NCBI GenBank assembly: GCA_037305845.1
Contig: CP147778.1
Location: forward strand, 608,001-672,000
Direction of reading: 5' to 3'
DNA length: 64,000 nt
Source: Candidatus Freyarchaeum deiterrae
Lineage (GTDB): Archaea > Asgardarchaeota > Jordiarchaeia > Jordiarchaeales > Jordiarchaeaceae
This document shows positions 39,473 through 49,750 of the stretch, piece by piece. The translations under genes were made by a program, and so were the position numbers. The stretch's first letter is position 1. The number at the start of each line of letters is the position of its first letter. Under the pieces are notes generated by a model. It had not been told where the DNA came from. It made no database searches and saw only the letters and a list, made by a program, of their open reading frames with translations.

Positions 39473-39976
39473 TTGGAAGACACAATAGGAAAAAAGCAGG
39501 AAAACAAGACAGAGGAGTTGGACCCATTAATTCAGGATGACTGCGTTAGAGCACTTATTTCAGGTTACACATCCGATGTGGGAGAATGCCGCTTCTTTTC
39601 AGATTCGGTTGAATCAAAATGTTTTCTCGACCCTTACTCAAGAAGGCCATGGAACTGCGAGGGCAAGTGCTTCGTTAAGGGGTACAGATGCGAGTATATT
39701 AGCGACGCTTTCTCTTTCAAGAGTTCTCTTGAAGAAATTTACTTTCTGATATCGTTAATCGGACAAAACGGAACAAACATTATTAGCAGTCTAGGCTGGA
39801 GCGTTTTGTCAACGGAGGAGGTTTTAGCCGTTAGCGGCATTAAGAAAGAAGAAGCAGACTTTACAGTAAGCGTTTTAAAACTTCTAAAACTCATTTGTCA
39901 AAAAAATGGAAAGTTGACATTAACGGATCGGGGAAGAACAGTGCATGATTATTTACTAACCAGAAATTTAGTATGA
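39473..39976 (+). CDS. Hypothetical protein: Cys-rich N-terminus plus C-terminal winged helix
   Basis: Six Cys in the first 73 aa; L..L.LI...G...LTDRGR wing. Confidence 0.6.
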   Translation: MEDTIGKKQENKTEELDPLIQDDCVRALISGYTSDVGECRFFSDSVESKCFLDPYSRRPWNCEGKCFVKGYRCEYISDAFSFKSSLEEIYFLISLIGQNGTNIISSLGWSVLSTEEVLAVSGIKKEEADFTVSVLKLLKLICQKNGKLTLTDRGRTVHDYLLTRNLV

Positions 39977-40022
39977 GGACAAATAAAATAAAAAAGGGAA
40001 TTTTTATCTGTTTAATGATTGT

Positions 40023-40694
40023 TTACCTTAGATTGATGTATTCTCGTATTTTGCTTGGTGTTAGGTGGTCTAGTATCATATCTTTGTGTGCCATTACGAA
40101 TCTGCATGTTTTTCCACCGATTGCTTTGCACATTATTTCTTTTGCTTCGAGTGGGACACCGAAGCTCTCTGAACACCAGCCGGCAGAGTAGCCGGCGTTG
40201 AAGTGGCAGACGGGTTTAGTTGGTTTATACCCGCTCGGCAAAGCTAACTCAAAGGAGTTTGGGTGGTCATAAATTAGAAAGTATTTCTCATCAGGGGATG
40301 GAGCGGATTCGGGGAATATGTCAACAAGGGCGAAGCCTCGGAAACTGAACTGGATGGGGCCCACACTTAGCTTTTCCATCGGGTCGGTTAAGCCCATTCT
40401 CTTGTTAAAGACTTTTGCCTCACGAGTTCCACAGGCTTTCCCGAAATTGTAGATTAGCATATTTGCAGTGTTTTCACCCAGCATCTTTTCCATATTGACT
40501 CTGGCTTCTGGTAGCGAATCTGCGCCTAGTAAGATAAATCTCTGACCGCTGATTTGTATAGTACCCTTTGATCGTTCTTTAGATTCATCAGTAAAGAACT
40601 TCTCTACGTAGCTCTGAGCTTTAAGAAAAGCATCGACCATTTGTTCAGGAACCTTAGCAGAGTACAACACTTTTACTTCTTTGCCTTTAATCAT
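40023..40694 (-). CDS. V4R-domain protein (XylR-N/V4R)
   Basis: GTI.I.GQRFIL, NSFE, C....GYS.GW, E..C.A.G...CRF. Confidence 0.88.
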   Translation of the reverse strand: MIKGKEVKVLYSAKVPEQMVDAFLKAQSYVEKFFTDESKERSKGTIQISGQRFILLGADSLPEARVNMEKMLGENTANMLIYNFGKACGTREAKVFNKRMGLTDPMEKLSVGPIQFSFRGFALVDIFPESAPSPDEKYFLIYDHPNSFELALPSGYKPTKPVCHFNAGYSAGWCSESFGVPLEAKEIMCKAIGGKTCRFVMAHKDMILDHLTPSKIREYINLR

Positions 40695-40910
40695 TTTTTT
40701 ACCTCAAAGCCTTTTTGAAAATATAATAAAATTATAAAATAGTTTACATTTTGACTTCTACATCTGGATGTGCATCTGCTATAAATTTGGGTTAATTTTA
40801 GGTATCTTTCAGTTTAACCCCGCACTTACACTTGCATCAAAATTTCCAATTGCTAATTGGATAAGAATACATGTGCAAAAATAATATTAAAATGTTTCTA
40901 AGCAAACCAA

Positions 40911-40938
40911 TTATCTAAAGAAGGCAGCCTTTAGATAA
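40911..40938. promoter_or_regulatory. 10-8-10 inverted repeat in the V4R / ubiquitin-like divergent spacer
   Basis: TTATCTAAAG-AAGGCAGC-CTTTAGATAA. Confidence 0.45.
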
Positions 40939-41107
40939 AAGATTAGATTGCTATGAGAGAAGAGGTGTTAGAAGGACAGGATTTAAGGCGTCTTAATTGG
41001 GTGCTTATAGCGCCCCCTTTTTGTGGATTTCTTGCGACATAAAGCTTATATTTTTTGACAACAAGGTTTTACTTGTTTTGCTGAGAGTTATAGCGGGCTG
41101 TGAAGTG

Positions 41108-41305
41108 ATGAGTAGCGATTCTGGTAAATTAAAGCTGTTTAGGTTTGTGAGTAATAGGGGCATTATGGTTAAGCAGCTTCTTGAAGAGTTAGGGTTGAGT
41201 GAGGGTTACTTTGCAGTTTTTGTGGGCGGTAAGAGAGCTAATCTTGATTCTTACGTTGACGAGGGAAGCTTTGTTATTGTTCTACCACGCATAGCTGGAG
41301 GCTAA
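41108..41305 (+). CDS. MoaD/ThiS/SAMP ubiquitin-like protein
   Basis: V..LL.ELG, V.V.G, C-terminal VLPRIAGG; ATG 41108 gives a typical ~65-aa size. Confidence 0.85.
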   Translation: MSSDSGKLKLFRFVSNRGIMVKQLLEELGLSEGYFAVFVGGKRANLDSYVDEGSFVIVLPRIAGG

Positions 41306-41323
41306 ATATTTAGAGGGGCTAAT

Positions 41324-42274
41324 TTGATGTTGAGTTCGGAGTTTGTTTTTAAGGTGTTGGTTGTCGGTCCTAGGGAGGAGGTTAAGGATCGTTTTCTTTT
41401 GTCTATGGGTCCGGATAGTTATTTTCTGGAGTGTTTCAAGTCTATTGTGGGTGTTAGCCTTCAGGTGAATGTTGTCAATGTTAGGGGCAAAATGGTTAAG
41501 GTTCAGATTTGGGATGTTTATGATTCTCCGCCTTTCAAAGCCATGTTTCACCATTACTCAAAGGGAGCTTATGGTGCTATAGTTCTCTTAACAGAAAGAG
41601 GCGAGCATGAGGCTCCTAAATATATTAGTGAAATTTACAAGTATTGCGGGGAAATTCCGGTGCTGGTTATCATTGTGGATGAGAAAGACCCACATGAAAT
41701 CGCCCTTGAGTATGGGGACCGTTCCATTGAGGAACCAGCGAAAAGTTTGGAGATTATCTCAAAGAGAATATTTGACAGAGAAATTGAACCCGTTTATTTG
41801 CGGCTCTCATACAACGCCCTTCCCCCTTACTCGCAGCTTCTGAACCATAGAAGATTAGATAATCTAACAACCATTCCATTAAATGTACCCCTTGTAAAGG
41901 AAATATTAGAGACAATGGGATTCAAAGCTGAAAACGATGAGATAATTTTGAAAAATGAGAAAGCAACTTTCACGGTTGACCTGAGAAACGGCGAAGTTTA
42001 CATGGAACCAGCTCAGTGTGAAAATTGTGAAAGAGACTGCGTTAAAAAGGAGAAGGTGTGTATGGTTCTGGCTACCTCCGGATGGTCGAGCAGTCCAGAC
42101 ATTTCACAAGCAGACCTACTTCTAATCTCAAAAGTTTACGCCATCGCCAACAATGAAATACCACAAGAAGTACAAGAAAAAATATATGAGATTCTGAACT
42201 GTCCGAATAAGAATTCTAAAAAACCAAAAGGGAGCAGAGCACGGCGTAACAGAGTGGAAGAACCCCGAGTATAA
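41324..42274 (+). CDS. Rab-like small-GTPase fold with degenerate G motifs plus Cys-rich C-terminal domain
   Basis: FKVLVVG, VGV, VKVQIWD, F.AM...Y.KGA.GAI; G1 reads GPREEVKD and G3 reads DVYD. Confidence 0.75.
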   Translation: MMLSSEFVFKVLVVGPREEVKDRFLLSMGPDSYFLECFKSIVGVSLQVNVVNVRGKMVKVQIWDVYDSPPFKAMFHHYSKGAYGAIVLLTERGEHEAPKYISEIYKYCGEIPVLVIIVDEKDPHEIALEYGDRSIEEPAKSLEIISKRIFDREIEPVYLRLSYNALPPYSQLLNHRRLDNLTTIPLNVPLVKEILETMGFKAENDEIILKNEKATFTVDLRNGEVYMEPAQCENCERDCVKKEKVCMVLATSGWSSSPDISQADLLLISKVYAIANNEIPQEVQEKIYEILNCPNKNSKKPKGSRARRNRVEEPRV

Positions 42275-42319
42275 AGCATTAAGAACACAACTCACAATTG
42301 GGATTGGTTTGACTCCTTT

Positions 42320-43081
42320 TTAGATGAATTTGATTTTTGGCGGTAGATAATTTTGAATATTTTCCAGTTTATTCCAAGCTTCATCCTCAATTTTTACCAG
42401 TTGTGGTAGCTTTCCCACCAGCCCCGCGTATTCACCGCGAACAACAAGTGAACTTCTCACTCCCCGTATCGTTTCTGCGGTTTCCAGTCCACTTTGCACC
42501 GATTTTTCGAAATCATCTCCCTGAACTGCATTTCCCACTGCAGTGGCAGCAGCATCAGCAAGAGCAGCATCATCAGCGATTACTGTTGCGGCGTCCGCTT
42601 CCCCAAAACTGACTGCGTGGCTCACAGTCCCAGAGCTTGTCGCAATACCTATGGGAAAATCTCCCTGTTTTAACCTGAAACCAATCTTGCCTGACAACGA
42701 AGAGTAGCCCGCCAGTAAACCTACTATAATAGAGGTGTTGGAGTTGGCTGAAATTTCTCCACCGTCCTCCACTACGGCCACTTTTGCTTCTATCAGCATT
42801 GCATTAACCGCCAAGTCCGCTAGGGCACCCGCTACTGCCGCCATAGGGCCCACTCTTGCCTCAAATGCGGCGTTTGCCATATTTTGGACGACTTCTGGCG
42901 CGTCTTTGACTTCTAGAGGCTCGTAGGCGGTTAAAAATTCTGGGTTTTTCAGTATGTAATCTTCTAAATCGGCTCTGTTCTTTTTAACAGAATCTACTGC
43001 AATTTTTATGGACGGGGGATGGTCTGTTTCTATTGTGAGTTTTGATTGTTTAATAGTGTATGTCGCTCGAGTTAGTTTCAT
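42320..43081 (-). CDS. UPF0280/ApbE-like protein
   Basis: VGPMAAVAGALA, DGGEI, GIATSSGTV.H.VSFGEADA, ADAAAT. Confidence 0.9.
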   Translation of the reverse strand: MKLTRATYTIKQSKLTIETDHPPSIKIAVDSVKKNRADLEDYILKNPEFLTAYEPLEVKDAPEVVQNMANAAFEARVGPMAAVAGALADLAVNAMLIEAKVAVVEDGGEISANSNTSIIVGLLAGYSSLSGKIGFRLKQGDFPIGIATSSGTVSHAVSFGEADAATVIADDAALADAAATAVGNAVQGDDFEKSVQSGLETAETIRGVRSSLVVRGEYAGLVGKLPQLVKIEDEAWNKLENIQNYLPPKIKFI

Positions 43082-43481
43082 GCTGGCACTCTCAACTTAT
43101 TATAAAAGGTATACTCAATAAACGGAATACTGATGTTTATATATATTTTGCTCATATTTTATGATAAAAATATTACCTCAAATCATAATAGTAATAGTTT
43201 TGCGGGTAGAAATTAAGACCACCCCAAGCTAAACCAAAAGTTACACAATCATTTTGAAGATGGTAGAAGGTCTACAATCATAATGAAATTTTTGAGACCA
43301 AACTTTTTTTTAGGTCCTCCATTGATTCTGACTCACCCGAACATGTTAACACAATAGTGATACAATAAAACGTATTAACCTTATTACGCTACTTATTTTC
43401 ACAATTTTTAATGTTTAACATAAAAACATAAATAGGGCGAACCACAAAGGAGTTGAAAGAACTATAGGAGCGAGACCGAAA

Positions 43482-45284
43482 ATGGCTACGTTTGAGGTGT
43501 GGTCAAAAAAAGGAATGACCGCTTTCCTTATTATCTGTATTTTTTTAGTGGCCTTGTCTCCCGTATTAACTTCTGTTCTACACATAACCCCATACGTACT
43601 CCAGTTCACTAATGGAAGCAGCCCTAATTCCAACTGGGTTATTGACCCTCAAATTAAACAAATGACGAACGGCAATGACAGCGAATGGATTCCAGTCATA
43701 ATACGTTTCAAGAATTACATTGATACGAGTATGATAGAGGAACTGGAAAACCTAACCTATTTAAAAATCAGATACACTGCCCAAGGTGATCCCCTCTTAG
43801 TAAACCTAGGTAATATAAACGCCCTAGGGTGTGAGATTCAAGGGTACAACAGTGTGGAAGAATTCACCAAACAATATCAGGATAAAATACTATATGTGGA
43901 AAACAGCTTTGAACAACACATCTCCCCCGACAGCATGGTTAATGAAACGTCAGATATGCTTCAGACCGCAAACTCCTATGGTACAAACGGAGGATTAAAC
44001 CAAATAAATGATATACAACAACAAGGGATTAAGTGGTGGGTATCGATAACCCAAGCGCCCGAAGTCTGGAACTCACAGGTGAATGGGCATAATATAACTG
44101 GTCAGGGTGTGAGTATAGCCTTCTTGGATGCGGGAATAGATGACTCGGCATTTGATACACCAGGGGGGCAATTTTACAAAAACGGCACTGGTAAAGTAAT
44201 ATTAGACATTAATGGATTTATAGGAATTGTTTATGATACCAGTAATACCACTTATGACCCTGTTCCAGATACTCACCCATATGGGGTAGACCATGGTACC
44301 GCTGTTGCTGGTACCGCCGCCGGTGGTAATGGTTCAGGCACTGCGCCGGGTGCGAATATAATTGATATTTTGGTCATTAACTGGGATTTCACCTATGATC
44401 CAACGAATATCATGTTTTGGATGGGCTGGTGTGTAGCAAACCGGGACAAGTACAATATTACAGTCATCAATTTCAGCGATGGAACAGATAACCCTCTTCT
44501 TATGAGCCAAACCCTCATGGATACGATAAACTACATTCAAAACTACTGCGGAATAGTAGTCAGCTTAGCAGCAGGGAACAGCGGTAATCAAATAAGGACT
44601 ATTGGAAATCCGGGTGATGCTGAGTACGCTATAACGTCAGGCTCTTGTAACAGCCTCGGTCTTCCATCATACATCACCAGTTTTGGACCATCATGGGATG
44701 GTGACCCTAAACCGGAGCTGCTTGCTCCATCGGCTAGCGGGCACACAAGTTTATCTGCCCCAGCGACCGCTGGAGTTGCAGCTTTACTCGCGCAAACCTG
44801 TGAGGAACTTAACATACCAAGAGGGGAATGGGCTCTCCGGATACGCGCCGCGTTAATTAGAGGGGCCTCGATGAATGATATTATACTTCTGGGTTGGGAT
44901 CCCGCCTCGGGATACGGATTACTAAACGCGTTAGACTCCTTCCAACAAATTAATGATACATCTTCCTGGACTAAGCATGTAGAGGTTGCTAAGTGGCCCT
45001 ACACTTATGCTACCCCCGACGGATTGTACATTTTACTCATAGGCCCCATCGCATTGACGATTTATTACTGGAATGTAAGGGTTACAGTGGAGTGCGATGG
45101 CCAAAATGCGAGTCTCTATCTTGTTGGGGTTCAAGACTTCGTACCTATTAACGGTCTAGGAGCTATAGGAAGCCTTCAGGGAGAATGGCTTATGGCCCTG
45201 GGGCAAAAAAACAGTATAAGCTACCAAGCTTTGTCACTAACACAAAATGCGTTCTTTACACCCGCGGTAGTTGGCTGGATTTAA
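43482..45284 (+). CDS. Secreted subtilisin-like S8 serine peptidase
   Basis: Signal peptide, G.GV.IA.LD.GID, HGT.VAG, AAGNSG, KP.L.AP, TSLSAP..AG.AAL, GYG..NA. Confidence 0.9.
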   Translation: MATFEVWSKKGMTAFLIICIFLVALSPVLTSVLHITPYVLQFTNGSSPNSNWVIDPQIKQMTNGNDSEWIPVIIRFKNYIDTSMIEELENLTYLKIRYTAQGDPLLVNLGNINALGCEIQGYNSVEEFTKQYQDKILYVENSFEQHISPDSMVNETSDMLQTANSYGTNGGLNQINDIQQQGIKWWVSITQAPEVWNSQVNGHNITGQGVSIAFLDAGIDDSAFDTPGGQFYKNGTGKVILDINGFIGIVYDTSNTTYDPVPDTHPYGVDHGTAVAGTAAGGNGSGTAPGANIIDILVINWDFTYDPTNIMFWMGWCVANRDKYNITVINFSDGTDNPLLMSQTLMDTINYIQNYCGIVVSLAAGNSGNQIRTIGNPGDAEYAITSGSCNSLGLPSYITSFGPSWDGDPKPELLAPSASGHTSLSAPATAGVAALLAQTCEELNIPRGEWALRIRAALIRGASMNDIILLGWDPASGYGLLNALDSFQQINDTSSWTKHVEVAKWPYTYATPDGLYILLIGPIALTIYYWNVRVTVECDGQNASLYLVGVQDFVPINGLGAIGSLQGEWLMALGQKNSISYQALSLTQNAFFTPAVVGWI

Positions 45285-45458
45285 AAATTAAGTTTTAACC
45301 CATGTCGGTCGCATCCAAATTTTTTCATTTTTTATACGGATTTGAAAATTTAAAAATAGGAGTTAGCATCTTATGATTTATTGTGAATGCTGAGAAGCAG
45401 AATTTTGTTTGCGGATTGAAAAGTGGCTGTGACTGTTTAGCTAGGAGGAGTTTTTTAA

Positions 45459-46157
45459 TTGTGTTCTAACAAGTTAAAAAGAGGAAGCAGTTGGAACGAG
45501 GAGTTGGGTAAAATTGGTTTTACGCTGGAGGAGGCAAGAGAGCTTCAAAAAAAACTAGCTTCCCAAGTGATTGAGGAGGACAGGTTTGATAAAATTGAAA
45601 ATATTTGCGGGTTGGATGTATCTTACTATAAGGATACAGCTATTGCGTGTGCAGTTGTTTTAAACAGGAAAGACCTGCAAGTCTTGGAGGAAAGTGTAGT
45701 TTATACGGAAATCTCTTTCCCGTACGTACCAACACTTCTTTCGTTTAGGGAAACTCCCCCGATTATTAAGGTTGCTAAAAGTTTGAAGAGTGATGTGGAT
45801 TTGTTTATGGTGGACTCTAACGGGAGACTGCACCCCTTTCTTCTGGGAGCCGCATCACATTTCGGAATACTTATTGACCGACCGACCGTCGGTGTTGCCA
45901 AAACTTTACTCTGCGGAGAGATACTTCCTAAAAAAGATGAAAGTAGATATTCGTTAATTACGCTTAACGGAAAGGTGGTGGGAGCTGCTGTCAACACCCG
46001 AATTGAAGCAAAGCCGGTGTTTGTCAGTGTGGGACACAAAATCTCTCTTGAAACAGCAGTAGCGATCGTGCTCGAAACCTCAAAGTTCCGTATACCAGAA
46101 CCCTTAAGACAGGCGGATCTTCTGTCAAAATTGAGCAAAAGAGAATTGAAAAAGTAG
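45459..46157 (+). CDS. nfi: Endonuclease V
   Basis: G.DVSY, FPYVP..LSFRE, D.NG.LHP...G.A.H.G, GVAK, PVFVSVGH, R.PEP.R.AD. Confidence 0.95.
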   Translation: MCSNKLKRGSSWNEELGKIGFTLEEARELQKKLASQVIEEDRFDKIENICGLDVSYYKDTAIACAVVLNRKDLQVLEESVVYTEISFPYVPTLLSFRETPPIIKVAKSLKSDVDLFMVDSNGRLHPFLLGAASHFGILIDRPTVGVAKTLLCGEILPKKDESRYSLITLNGKVVGAAVNTRIEAKPVFVSVGHKISLETAVAIVLETSKFRIPEPLRQADLLSKLSKRELKK

Positions 46158-46201
46158 CAAAAACGGTTTAAGAAAGTCAAGCCGAAAAAGTTTTTGATTT
46201 T

Positions 46202-47116
46202 TCATTGGGTGTTACTTGTTTTTTGGGGTGGATGTTGTTTCCATAATTCTTTTCTTCTTGCTTCTAGTAGATCGTTTTTTGAGCCCCTGAATTCAGCGGC
46301 ACTAATAATTTCCATTCCTTTCTCCTCGGCAACTGGGAAAAGGTCTTTAACGCTTTCTTTCCAGTCAAGGTCTCTGAGGAGGTGATGGTCCAGTATGAGT
46401 TTCTTAACGTGTGTCTTATCCATTATTTCTAATAAATTCCGGATTGAGTCCTGCAAGCTTTGCTTAGAATAATTATAAGGCATATAGGTCATTGGTCCGT
46501 CACAGAAAATAATATCGGGGTCTTGTTCTATGATAAAAGAGTTTTGCGGTTTGAGGCTAGGCCCTTCAACATCAGATGTGTGTAGAAAAGTGTCTTTCCC
46601 CTCTTTTATTCCGACCTCGGTTACGTATCCCAGCTTAGAATCTGTTCCATGATACACTGGTTCACTAAAAATTATAGTGGTGTTTCCGAATTCAAATGTT
46701 TGCCCATCGGAGTGCCGAATCTCACTTGGCAAATTCTTTATCTGACTCAGGAAATACTTTGACCTCTTCTTTTGACTAAAGTTTATATTCTCCTCTGGGT
46801 GTTTTATCAGAACGGTTTTACCGCGGTATATTTCTATTTCCTTAGGATTGTAATGATCATAGTGATAGTGAGTGATGACTAAGATATTCGAATTTTCTGA
46901 ATAAGATTTGATTTCGCTCCAATGCTGTAACAATCTCTCCAGTTCTATCTCGTGAGGTTCAAGGCCGTATCTCAGGGGGCCAAGAGCAACGCCAGGGTCA
47001 ATAAGAATACTGCAATCCTTAGTTTCAACAAAAGTAGCCATACTTCTAGTACCAAGACTTTCAAATGCTAAAGGAATAACCTTCATTAGACATTTCTCCA
47101 GAAAACAATCATCCAT
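46202..47116 (-). CDS. UPF0282 metallo-beta-lactamase-fold hydrolase
   Basis: PLAFESLG.RSMAT, IDPGVAL.P.RYGL.P, THYHYDH, SDV.GP, DHHLLRD. Confidence 0.9.
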   Translation of the reverse strand: MDDCFLEKCLMKVIPLAFESLGTRSMATFVETKDCSILIDPGVALGPLRYGLEPHEIELERLLQHWSEIKSYSENSNILVITHYHYDHYNPKEIEIYRGKTVLIKHPEENINFSQKKRSKYFLSQIKNLPSEIRHSDGQTFEFGNTTIIFSEPVYHGTDSKLGYVTEVGIKEGKDTFLHTSDVEGPSLKPQNSFIIEQDPDIIFCDGPMTYMPYNYSKQSLQDSIRNLLEIMDKTHVKKLILDHHLLRDLDWKESVKDLFPVAEEKGMEIISAAEFRGSKNDLLEARRKELWKQHPPQKTSNTQ

Positions 47117-47698
47117 ATATTGACGGGTATTTAATCAAATTTATTATTGAAGTAGTGATGATGATTTAAATTTTTGTTAAAAACCGCTCCTTTTGAAATT
47201 ATTTGTGTGACAATTAATTCCTGAAATTTACAGTCTTAAGATTTGGAAGATTATTCAAATCCTTTTTTGGGGTTTTAAATAAAAATAATGAAGAAAAAGG
47301 TAGTTGAAAAAAAAGGTGCCCTCAAGATGAAAATTAGGTTAGATTTATCCCATTTATTGAATCTTGCTGGGATATAAAGAGGATAAAGGGAATAATTTTG
47401 AAGTAAAGACTTTAAACCCTTTAGAAACTTGAAAAGAAGCATTATCACCTATATTTTTTAAATATGCGAAAATTTTATACTTTGTTTAAATAAAATTCAT
47501 TTATCATGGTTTTGAGTGAGATATTACGAATTGGAGATTCCTAAAATATTTTTTCTTGTTGTTTGGAGGTCTTTTATTGAGAATGAAAGCATAGGTTGTC
47601 TTAAAAATTTTGATGAATAATGGTTATAACATACTTTTATTAGTAGCATTTAAATAAAACGAGTTTAATTATTCTGCTAAAACTAAGGAGGATTTAAT

Positions 47699-47905
47699 AT
47701 GCTACTACTACCTCTACAAGAAATTCTGGGTTTAACCGGTATTACATTGATTATCATTATAATATGGTGTGTCCTAGCAGTAGTTCTAGCAATCTGGGTG
47801 TACCGGGACGCTAGTTCCAGACGTATGATGGCTGTTCTTTGGCTCATCATTGTTCTCATTACAGGTTTAATCGGACTTATTATTTACCTAATTGTAAGAG
47901 ATTAA
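47699..47905 (+). CDS. Small PLDc_N-like membrane protein
   Basis: WVYRDA..R....LWL.IVL..G.IGLIIYL.VR; GGAGG RBS. Confidence 0.8.
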   Translation: MLLLPLQEILGLTGITLIIIIIWCVLAVVLAIWVYRDASSRRMMAVLWLIIVLITGLIGLIIYLIVRD

Positions 47906-48182
47906 AACAGGAATTAATTCCTGCACAAATTCCTCCTATTTTTTTAATTTTTAATGAATTCAAGAAACAGTTGCATCAAAAGCTACAAAACGAAAAGCTC
48001 AAAATATGAGCCGTTTCTTGAATGGAATGCCTTAGAAAAGATATTTTAAGCTCGCAAGATTAGTTTGGTTACCGGAACACGGATTGGGCGGCGCTTTTCA
48101 TGCATGAGTAAACGGTTTATTCCGTTAAGAGGTTGTTCTAAAATACTTGGTTTGATTTATTCCGGATTTTATAAGCGGTGAT

Positions 48183-48668
48183 TTGATGGTTAATCGGGAG
48201 GATCTAAAAAAAGGCATGCTATATTTATTATCGCATCATACTGAAGATCATCTTGACAGGGCTCTTCGTTTGAAATTTTTTGGTAGGAATCTCTATATTT
48301 GTGCCCGATGTACTGGCATGATTCTCGGGTTTGTTTCCGGTATCTTGTTGCAGAGATTTGGTTTTATTCCCAATTTGGATGCGAATTTGAGCCTGTTTTT
48401 GGCGATTGGTTTAGCTCTGCCTGCAATGGTGGATTGGTGGACTCAGAGTGTTTTCGGTAGGGAGAGTAAAAACTATATTAGGACACCGACTGGGTTCTCT
48501 CTGGGTTTCGGTATAACGTTTTTAAGATTTTCGAATATTATCTGGACCGTAGTTACAATCGCTATATTTTTCGCGTTTGCAATCGTTGGGGTTTATCGAA
48601 GAGTGATTAGAGAGTACGGTCCTGAATCGGGTAAGTATGAGGGGGAAAAGAAGGAAAAAAGGGCATAA
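48183..48668 (+). CDS. DUF2085-like membrane protein
   Basis: HH, CARCTG...G, P...D...Q, RES.N..R..TG. Confidence 0.8.
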   Translation: MMVNREDLKKGMLYLLSHHTEDHLDRALRLKFFGRNLYICARCTGMILGFVSGILLQRFGFIPNLDANLSLFLAIGLALPAMVDWWTQSVFGRESKNYIRTPTGFSLGFGITFLRFSNIIWTVVTIAIFFAFAIVGVYRRVIREYGPESGKYEGEKKEKRA

Positions 48669-48696
48669 AACTTTTACAGAGTAGTAACCGCAGTAT

Positions 48697-49275
48697 TTGT
48701 ATTTTTGCTATTGGTTAGTGATGTGCATGGAGTCCTTGAATTCACTTTTATCTCGTTATGAGAGCGCTAGGAAAAGAATCATTGAGATCCCCGTAGTGAG
48801 GTCCATATTCAACTTTTTTAAAGACGAGCAATGGGTCAGGGTGGTCGCCGTCGTTAAGTTGGGCAAGGGTGTAGTTATGATTAAAAAGCCAGTGGTCATC
48901 AGAGATGCCAACGGTATGCCCAAGAAAATGAATGGTTGGATTCTGGCTGGCGGAAAACCCGAAGGAAACGAGAGCTATGAGGAAACCGCGATCAGGGAAA
49001 TCGAGGAGGAAACCGGCGTGCAGGTAGTTGTGGAGAGACTTTTGGGAGTTTACATTTTCCGATTCCTGAATCAGGGGGAGCAGGCGGACGCGGTTCTTAT
49101 CGCTTTTTCGACACAAGCGGTTGGTGGAACTTTGAAATCGGGGAAAGAGGTGCGAAAGGTTAAGCATTTCGAGAAAATAAGCAAGAAAGACATTATAATG
49201 GTTCCAAATTGGTGGTATGGGTTTCAAATCGAAATGCTGAAAGATGCCGGTGTGGCCGTATCAAGAATCGGATAA
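48697..49275 (+). CDS. NUDIX hydrolase
   Basis: Nudix box GG.PE.NES..ETA.REI.EETG. Confidence 0.9.
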   Translation: MYFCYWLVMCMESLNSLLSRYESARKRIIEIPVVRSIFNFFKDEQWVRVVAVVKLGKGVVMIKKPVVIRDANGMPKKMNGWILAGGKPEGNESYEETAIREIEEETGVQVVVERLLGVYIFRFLNQGEQADAVLIAFSTQAVGGTLKSGKEVRKVKHFEKISKKDIIMVPNWWYGFQIEMLKDAGVAVSRIG

Positions 49276-49440
49276 GTTATGACATCGGTTCCACTGAAAG
49301 GACACTCTTGCGAGAAAAGTGACTACTTAAAGTTGCGGAAAAAAATTCTAAAAAGAAAAATAAATATAAAAATAGATAATAAAAACAATTAATTATGTGA
49401 TAGAAGATGAGGGATTAGGTATGGCTAACTCTCATCTTTT

Positions 49441-49749
49441 CTACTTTACACTCTTAAGATAGGTCACTCTTTCCTTGACCTTCTTCGCAGTGGCGACTTT
49501 TGTTTTCGACTTTTGTAATTCCTCTGCTAACTTCTTGTCACCTATAACCTGAGTCACCCAGTTGTAGAAATCGTTTTTGGAATCGCTTCTGTGATGATTG
49601 AACTGCTCATCACTCATTTTATCCAATGCCTGACCTAGTTGCTCCATGTTTCTTAGTGTTGGCCCCTTGAAAACATAGAAACTTTTGTCCATAGGTACGT
49701 CTGCCAGATACTTCTTAGCCGCCACGGGTGCTAGTTTCTCCTCCACCAT
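49441..49749 (-). CDS. DUF5752-like small protein
   Basis: VP..K.FY...G..L.N..QL..AL..M..E.F.HH....NDF..WV..VIGD..LA. Confidence 0.7.
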   Translation of the reverse strand: MVEEKLAPVAAKKYLADVPMDKSFYVFKGPTLRNMEQLGQALDKMSDEQFNHHRSDSKNDFYNWVTQVIGDKKLAEELQKSKTKVATAKKVKERVTYLKSVK

Positions 49750-49750
49750 T

